NCBI RefSeq assembly: GCF_000253055.1
Contig: NC_016070.1
Span: 300,001-332,000, forward strand
Direction of reading: 5' to 3'
DNA from: Thermoproteus tenax Kra 1
Lineage (GTDB): Archaea > Thermoproteota > Thermoprotei > Thermoproteales > Thermoproteaceae
Length of the DNA: 32,000 bases
Made by a program: the position numbers and the translations under genes
Part shown: positions 26,530 through 32,000 of the stretch, one piece after another
Numbering within the stretch: the stretch's first letter is position 1
Layout of the letters: the number at the start of each line of letters is the position of its first letter
Notes under the pieces: generated by a model
The model's input: only the letters and a program-made list of their open reading frames with translations
What the model was told of the DNA's origin: nothing
Databases searched by the model: none

Positions 26530-26949
26530 GTTTCATGCCACGGGTTTATAAATAAAACGCCGTGACACAACCTCTGCAGGATACCGGAGTACAACCGGAA
26601 GCCCGCCCTTCAGGTAGGAACTGTTTTATATTCGTGTCCTCCCGCCACCGTGGATTGGGGGAGGATTGCCTTGTGGTTTTACGCTGGGTTTTTGCCGGCG
26701 CACTTTCTACGGCTAGTAGAGAGGGCGCCTACGCAAACATCGTCCTCTTTCCCGTGTTAATTTTCGCGGGGGAGGACCCCTTCGCCGTGTTGCTTGGCTT
26801 CGCCATCGCTCCGGCGACAAAGTTATCGATCGAGGCCATGTGGCTGAGCCATTGGGGGATACGTTGCTCCCCGCCCGAGGACCCCGGCGCCACTGCGCCC
26901 CAGGCGGGGCTCTCGGCCGGGGGAGGGGCGCCCTCTCCTACGCTCCGCC

Positions 26950-28299
26950 TTATATATTTTTCAGCCTCCGGATCAGGGTCCGGAGGTCTATGAGGTCGGC
27001 CCCCTCGGCGCCCTGCGCGAACTCTCTGGCGAATATGGCGTATTTCACCTGCCAGCCGGGGGGCACCAGCGTCTGCGCGGCGGCCCTCAGCTTCGGCAGT
27101 ATCTGGGCCGGGTCGGCCCGGCCCCACTTGGCCTCGGCCAGAACCGCCAACCTCTCCTCCTCGTTTCTGGCGAAGGCGTCCACCTCCACTTGGACGCGCC
27201 TCCCCCCGGACCTAACGGCCACCACCTCCCTCGTGGCCTTGGGGACTGGGTAGAGGTGGGGGACGATCTCCCGCACCAGCGCCTCGAAGGCCCAGGGGTA
27301 GAAGTCCTCCAGCGCGGCGGCCGCCTCGTCGGCCAGTTTGTGCTCCGGCGTCGTCTCCCTCCTGCGGTAGACGGCCCTCAGCCAGAAGGCGTAGAATCTG
27401 TCCCTCAGCTCGTAGTAGACCCTTCTGCCCCTCCGGCGCTCTAGGATGTGTAAGACGTCGGTGAGCTCGTGTAGATAGGGCGGGAGGGAGGTGGCTTTAA
27501 CGCCGGCGTGGGAGGCGATCTGCTCCAGCTTGGTGGCGCCCTCGGCCACCGCGTCCAATATTGCGAGGTGGGTTCTGTACTCCCTCCCAAGCGACTCGGC
27601 GAGGACTCTCTCCACCTCGTCGCGGAGCGGCGCGCCCTCGCCCGCCACCAGAGCCCTCACGGCCTCCTCGGCTGTCTTCACCCCCCACCTCTCGGCCAGC
27701 CTGTAGTAGTACGGGACGCCGCCGAAGAGGAGGTACAGCCTAAGGGCCTCCTCCTCCGACACGCCCATTTCGCCCAGCCACTGGAACACGGCTGAGGGAG
27801 GCAGCTCGCCCAGCTCCAGCACTAGGTCGGCTCTTCCGAAGAGAGGCGAGCCCGACTCGGCCACCAGCCTCTTCACCATCCCCACCACAGACCCCGTCAC
27901 TACGATCGACGGCTTCTCCCGTCTGACGTCCCACATCCTCTGCAGGATGTAGAGGACCTCCGGCGCCACCTCCAGAAACCACTGGAACTCGTCGAAGGCC
28001 ACTACGTACCCCCTCAGGCTGAAGAGGGCGTCGAAGAGCTCCTCCCAGCTCTGGAATCTCACATACGGCGGGAGGCCAGCCGCCCTTTTGACCGCCTCCC
28101 CATACTCCTCCAGGAGGAGCCGCCAGGGCTTCTTGGGGTTGACGAAGAGGTAGAGGTGGGGCCTCCCCTCAAGGAACTTGAGCACGAGGGCCGTCTTGCC
28201 TATCCTCCTTCTGCCGTAGATGACCGCCAGGAAGGGCTCCCTCAGCCGGCCCAACAGAGACAACTCCCTCTCCCGGCCGTATAACTTTATTACATCCAT
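26950..28299 (-). CDS. Archaeal ATPase (P-loop, DUF234-type C-terminus)
   Basis: LYGRERELSLL, AVIYGRRRIGKTALVLKFL, VAFDEFQWF, VVTGSVVGMV, C-terminal EVDAFARNEEERLAVLAEAKWG. ATG at 28299. Confidence 0.9.
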   Translation of the reverse strand: MDVIKLYGRERELSLLGRLREPFLAVIYGRRRIGKTALVLKFLEGRPHLYLFVNPKKPWRLLLEEYGEAVKRAAGLPPYVRFQSWEELFDALFSLRGYVVAFDEFQWFLEVAPEVLYILQRMWDVRREKPSIVVTGSVVGMVKRLVAESGSPLFGRADLVLELGELPPSAVFQWLGEMGVSEEEALRLYLLFGGVPYYYRLAERWGVKTAEEAVRALVAGEGAPLRDEVERVLAESLGREYRTHLAILDAVAEGATKLEQIASHAGVKATSLPPYLHELTDVLHILERRRGRRVYYELRDRFYAFWLRAVYRRRETTPEHKLADEAAAALEDFYPWAFEALVREIVPHLYPVPKATREVVAVRSGGRRVQVEVDAFARNEEERLAVLAEAKWGRADPAQILPKLRAAAQTLVPPGWQVKYAIFAREFAQGAEGADLIDLRTLIRRLKNI

Positions 28300-28377
28300 A
28301 ATAATTACAAACAGAATATAGCTTAAAAGGCTGTGCGGCAAGGCAACCGCCGGCCGCAGCCGCAGCGGGGCTACGGC

Positions 28378-28917
28378 CTAGGGCCGCGCCTGCGCCGCTA
28401 TGACCCTCAGCAGAGGCTCAACCTCGCCGCTCAGTTTGGCCAAGTTCTCGTCAAGCTCCTTGATCCTGGGCTTCACTTCATCCTCCCAGATCCTCCACAG
28501 CCTCGGAGGGGCCGACCTAGCTATCTGGGCAGCTCTGACGGACGCCGCGATCTCCAGCGGCCTCAGCTCCCAGGGCAGCCGCTCGGCCTCGTAGGCCATC
28601 GCAGCTCTGAACCTCTCCCCCAGCTCAGCCGCCTGGAGGTGGTGCGCAAAGAGGTGGAGTATAGTTGGGAGAGTGGCCCTATAGAAGAAGACCAGGGCGC
28701 CGTCCGAGTATCTGCCGGCGATCCCTCTGCAGAGGCCCGGCCGCTCTTGGCCGCACTCATCTGTTGGAACGGCCGTGGCCACGACCCTCGGCCTGGAGAC
28801 GCCGAACTGCTCCGAGAGGCCCTCGACGATTCCCTCGACGCTGTTCTCTATGTCGGAGAGCGGCCTCAGGACGAGCTCTCTGAGTATATCGTTAAACCTC
28901 CTCAAGTCCATATACAA
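28378..28917 (-). CDS. Hypothetical protein with degenerate zincin-like segment
   Basis: Intact 179-aa ORF; ALVFFYRATLPTILHLFAHHLQAAELGERFRAAMAYEAE. Confidence 0.6.
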   Translation of the reverse strand: MYMDLRRFNDILRELVLRPLSDIENSVEGIVEGLSEQFGVSRPRVVATAVPTDECGQERPGLCRGIAGRYSDGALVFFYRATLPTILHLFAHHLQAAELGERFRAAMAYEAERLPWELRPLEIAASVRAAQIARSAPPRLWRIWEDEVKPRIKELDENLAKLSGEVEPLLRVIAAQARP

Positions 28918-28956
28918 AATAACCGCTTCTAATTAATTTATCGCGGTCCCTCCATC

Positions 28957-29493
28957 GTGTTGGTGGCCATCGTGGGGCCCATGTTCGCCGGCAAGACGAC
29001 CGAGCTCATCAGGCTTGTGGAGAGACAGGTGATAGCCGGGAGGAGGGCCATCGTCTTCAAACCGACTATAGACGACAGATACGACCCCGACGCCGTGGCG
29101 GCGCACAACGGCGCCAAGTACAAGGCGGTTAGGGTCGCTCCCGACGAGTCCGGCGTCGGGGCCATCAAGGAGCTGTCGGCGTCCTACCAAGTCGTGGCCG
29201 TGGACGAGGTGCAGTTCTTCCCCCCGTCGTTGGCCGAGGTTTTAAACGAGCTAGCCGACGAGAAGCTCGTGGTAGCGGCCGGGCTCAATCTGGACTACAG
29301 AGGACAGCCCTTTGAGACAACCATGAGGATAATGGCCTACGCGGACAAAGTGGTCTCCCTCACCGCCGTCTGCACCGTCTGCGGCAGGCCGGCGACGAGG
29401 ACCCAGAGGCTCGCCCCAGGACCCAGGATCTACGTGGGAGGCGCAGGCCTGTACGAGGCGCGCTGCAGGAGGCACCACTCGGTCCCCGGCTAG
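28957..29493 (+). CDS. tdk: Thymidine kinase
   Basis: IVGPMFAGKTTELIR P-loop, VAVDEVQFFP, TAVCTVCGRPATRTQR; GTG start with aattaattta about 20 nt upstream. Confidence 0.93.
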   Translation: MLVAIVGPMFAGKTTELIRLVERQVIAGRRAIVFKPTIDDRYDPDAVAAHNGAKYKAVRVAPDESGVGAIKELSASYQVVAVDEVQFFPPSLAEVLNELADEKLVVAAGLNLDYRGQPFETTMRIMAYADKVVSLTAVCTVCGRPATRTQRLAPGPRIYVGGAGLYEARCRRHHSVPG

Positions 29494-30425
29494 CGCTCGA
29501 GCGCCTTGAGCTCTGCGCCGTATTTGGCCGGTATAGACAAAAGAGCTTCGAGGTGCTCCCTCGGCAGCGGCCTCCCGTCGCTCGCCGCCGCGTACTCCTC
29601 CAGCTCATCGACGCTCGTGGCGGTGACCAGGACGGAGGTTATGGGGAAAGACAATACGAACTTCAACGCGTACTGGCCCAGGGTGTAGCCCAGCTCCCTC
29701 GCCAGAGGCGCCACCTCTCTTTCAACTATCTCTCTGGCTCTGGCCAGCCACTCGGGCCTTCTGAGGGATCTGTGGTCCTCGCCGGGGAACCTAGGCCTAA
29801 ATCTATCGGTCAGAACCTCGCTGGCGTGAGGCACTCTGGCCAAGAGCATCCTCCCTCTGCCCGCCTCTATGAGCTGGAGGCCGGGCTGTTGTTCCAGTAT
29901 ATTGAAGACGAACATTATGGAGTCGTAGCCCATCTGCAGCGCGGCCAGCCCCTCCTCCAACACGTCCACCTCGGGCCCGAGCGCAACTCCCACGAACCTC
30001 CCGTAGACTCCTCTGAGGCCCAAGAAGTAGGAGGACTCCCTTATCTCCGCCGCCGTGGGGTTGTGGAGCTGGATCAAGTCGGGGATCCTCCCGAGCCTCT
30101 CGACCGACCTCCTCAGAGCAACCTCGACGTACTCTCTGTCGTACCTCCTCCTGGGCCTGCCCCCAGCGTAGAAGTCGTAGCCCACCTTAGTGGCCACCAC
30201 TACGCCCTCGGCGCCGGCGAGCAGCTCGCCCAACAGCTGCTCCGCCTTGCCTGAGCCGTAGACGTCGGCTACGTCGAAGAAGTTTATGCCGAGGTCGAGG
30301 GCCTTCCCCACCAGCCTCCTCGCCTCGTCTCTCCCCAGTCTGCCGTACATATCTCCGAGCACCCACGCCCCGAAGCCTATCTCGGAGATCCGCAGAGGGC
30401 CGTAGGAGCGCGCCTCCACGCTCAT
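29490..30425 (-). CDS. Aldo/keto reductase family protein
   Basis: GFGAWVLGD, GINFFDVADVYGSGKAEQLLGE, VATKVG, IQLHNP. Confidence 0.92.
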   Translation of the reverse strand: MSVEARSYGPLRISEIGFGAWVLGDMYGRLGRDEARRLVGKALDLGINFFDVADVYGSGKAEQLLGELLAGAEGVVVATKVGYDFYAGGRPRRRYDREYVEVALRRSVERLGRIPDLIQLHNPTAAEIRESSYFLGLRGVYGRFVGVALGPEVDVLEEGLAALQMGYDSIMFVFNILEQQPGLQLIEAGRGRMLLARVPHASEVLTDRFRPRFPGEDHRSLRRPEWLARAREIVEREVAPLARELGYTLGQYALKFVLSFPITSVLVTATSVDELEEYAAASDGRPLPREHLEALLSIPAKYGAELKALER

Positions 30426-30469
30426 CCCGATTGACGTTAAAAAATAAATAGGCGGGCGGCCTCCCGCTT

Positions 30470-31003
30470 GTGAGGGCCTTTTTCCCGGGGAGGTTCCAGC
30501 CGCCGCACTGGGGCCACGTCAGGGCCATATCGGCAATTCTGCAGGAGGCGGACGAGGTCGTCGTAGGGGTGGGCTCGGCTCAGTTCAACTACCTTCTCAA
30601 GGACCCGTTCACAGCCGGCGAGCGTATATGGATGTTGAGGGAGGGCCTCAGAGACGGCGGAGTCGATCTGGCCAGAGTGGTCGTAGTACCCATACCGAAC
30701 GTGGAGAACAACCTCGAGTGGCTGGGGAGAGTTAAGTCCTACGCCCCTCCTTTCGACGTAGTATACACGGGCAATCCCTTCGTGGCCCTCCTCTTCCGCG
30801 AGGCGGGCGTGCCCGTCAAACAGCAGCCGCTCTTCGACAGAGGGAGGCTCAGCTCCACCAAGGTGAGGGAGCTCCTGTTGAGGGGCGACCCAGGTTGGGA
30901 GGAGCTCGTCCCGCCCTCAGTGGCCCGGATCATAAAACAGCTGGGCGGCGCCGAGAGGCTGAGGATAGCGGCGCAGGGCGAGGCGGAGCCCCACAGATGG
31001 TGA
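30470..31003 (+). CDS. nadM: Nicotinamide-nucleotide adenylyltransferase
   Basis: FPGRFQPPHWGHVRAI and RGRLSSTKVRELLLRG motifs. Confidence 0.92.
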   Translation: MRAFFPGRFQPPHWGHVRAISAILQEADEVVVGVGSAQFNYLLKDPFTAGERIWMLREGLRDGGVDLARVVVVPIPNVENNLEWLGRVKSYAPPFDVVYTGNPFVALLFREAGVPVKQQPLFDRGRLSSTKVRELLLRGDPGWEELVPPSVARIIKQLGGAERLRIAAQGEAEPHRW

Positions 31004-31117
31004 TCAGCCCATGCTTGTGTCGCCACCGGTCGGCACCGCTATCGTTCTTCACCAAGCCTCTACAACTCGGCGGGTTAAAAGTTTCACGCGCCGCGGGCGC
31101 GCGTCGGGCGAGAGGCC

Positions 31118-32000
31118 GTGGGCTACCTAGGCGAGGTTCTGGCCGCTCAGCTCAGGGCGGCGGGCGTAGAGAGAATACGTCTCCCAAGGCGCTTCAAGTG
31201 CTCTTGGGATCCGGCACAGTGCGCCGCCGTGGAGCTCCTGTTGGGCAGAAGGAGGCTCTGCAGAAGGGGGAACGAGGCCTTTCTGGCCAAGGGCGTATGC
31301 GAGGAGGAGATACGCGTGGCCCTCACGCCTCCGCCGGTCCCGAAGATCTACATAGACTTGGGACTATGGGATGTACACACAGACAGAGAGAAGAACGAGC
31401 TCGTGGAGCAGATAGCGGCCTCGATACACGTGGTGCGCTCCCAGCTCTGGGACGGCAATTTGGCGCTGGCGAGGACGCCCTCCGAGTTTCTGGAGAGGTT
31501 CGGGAGGGCCATGAGGGGGATGCGCCACGCGGTGGCGATATCCCCCGATCCTCCGCCCGCCGGCGCCGTCTTCCTCGACCCAGAGGGGCCCTGTAGAGCC
31601 GACGAGGGGCTTCTGAGGGGGTGGGACAGCTTTGTGGTGGGAGGAGTGGTGGACAAGGAGAGGGTCTATAAGGGGGCCTCCAGGAGGCTGGCCGAGTCCG
31701 CGGGGATCCCGCCGGAGAGGAGGTGCAGGATAGAGCTGAGGGGCTCCACCGTGGGAGTCCCCGACAGAATAAATAAAATCATTGAGATTCTCCTCTCCGT
31801 GAGGTTCCGCGGCCTCTCTCTGGAGGACGCAATTCTGGAGGCGCAGGCGAAGAGGGACAAAGTCTACCGCCTTATGAGGGAGCTACAGCGCCTCGGCCCA
31901 AGAGTGCCCAGAGAGAGGGCGCTGGAGATAGCGGCCTGGCTTAAAGCGGGCGAGGACGTCTTGGAGCTCGCGGCGAGGAAGGCCAGAGTGGAGCTGGTAT
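31118..32000 (+). CDS. Trm10/Trm-G9-like tRNA (position 9) methyltransferase, C-terminus cut by window end
   Basis: GTG at 31118 opens a frame to the window end: IYIDLGLWDVHTDREKNELVEQIAASIHVVRSQLWDGNLALA, FVVGGVVDKERVYKGASRRLAE, LRGSTVGVPDRINKIIEILL. Missing from ORF track because it is open at the edge. Confidence 0.8.
   Translation, partial: MGYLGEVLAAQLRAAGVERIRLPRRFKCSWDPAQCAAVELLLGRRRLCRRGNEAFLAKGVCEEEIRVALTPPPVPKIYIDLGLWDVHTDREKNELVEQIAASIHVVRSQLWDGNLALARTPSEFLERFGRAMRGMRHAVAISPDPPPAGAVFLDPEGPCRADEGLLRGWDSFVVGGVVDKERVYKGASRRLAESAGIPPERRCRIELRGSTVGVPDRINKIIEILLSVRFRGLSLEDAILEAQAKRDKVYRLMRELQRLGPRVPRERALEIAAWLKAGEDVLELAARKARVELV

Noticed and set aside
31020-31110. Possible tRNA or small RNA after nadM
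   Set aside because: No convincing T-loop, anticodon stem or C/D boxes; I found no supportable tRNA anywhere in the window by eye.
30895-31596. ORF 30895-31596 (+)
   Set aside because: Low-complexity Arg/Gly-rich translation in the wrong frame; the real frame from 31118 encodes a Trm10-like enzyme.
1-32000. Transposase or complete insertion sequence
   Set aside because: No transposase-like protein or paired terminal inverted repeats could be recognised; damaged genes are not flanked by visible target duplications.

Overview
The window looks like a GC-rich crenarchaeal chromosome segment. Thermoproteales (Thermoproteus/Pyrobaculum-like) is my inference from PaREP1-type proteins, leaderless genes with TATA boxes about 25 nt upstream, and a 25-nt CRISPR repeat ending in GAAAC. 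Main content: (i) a divergent respiratory cluster (cytochrome b + Rieske protein facing a CbsA-like haem protein and a membrane partner); (ii) two adjacent TenA-like genes; (iii) a glucose-dehydrogenase-like gene next to a three-subunit molybdenum hydroxylase whose large subunit carries an apparent frameshift; (iv) a membrane-anchored phosphoesterase, a creatininase-family protein and a dihydrolipoamide-dehydrogenase-like protein; (v) a decayed zone at about 15.4-18.1 kb, with an APC permease pseudogene containing a C10 tract, a short frameshifted gene, a 7-repeat CRISPR array without cas genes, and a frameshifted gene resembling a CARF/HTH (Csa3-like) protein; (vi) two unrelated coiled-coil repeat proteins, one with about eleven 7-residue RWEENNR-like units joined to a DUF3782/nuclease-like C-terminus; (vii) an ABC exporter, two PaREP1-like proteins, an archaeal ATPase, thymidine kinase, an aldo/keto reductase, NMN adenylyltransferase and a Trm10-like tRNA methyltransferase cut by the window end. 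I do not see a clearly new multi-gene system. The best candidates for a second look are the CRISPR-adjacent CARF-like remnant and the heptad-repeat nuclease-like protein. All family calls come from reading motifs, not from searches.
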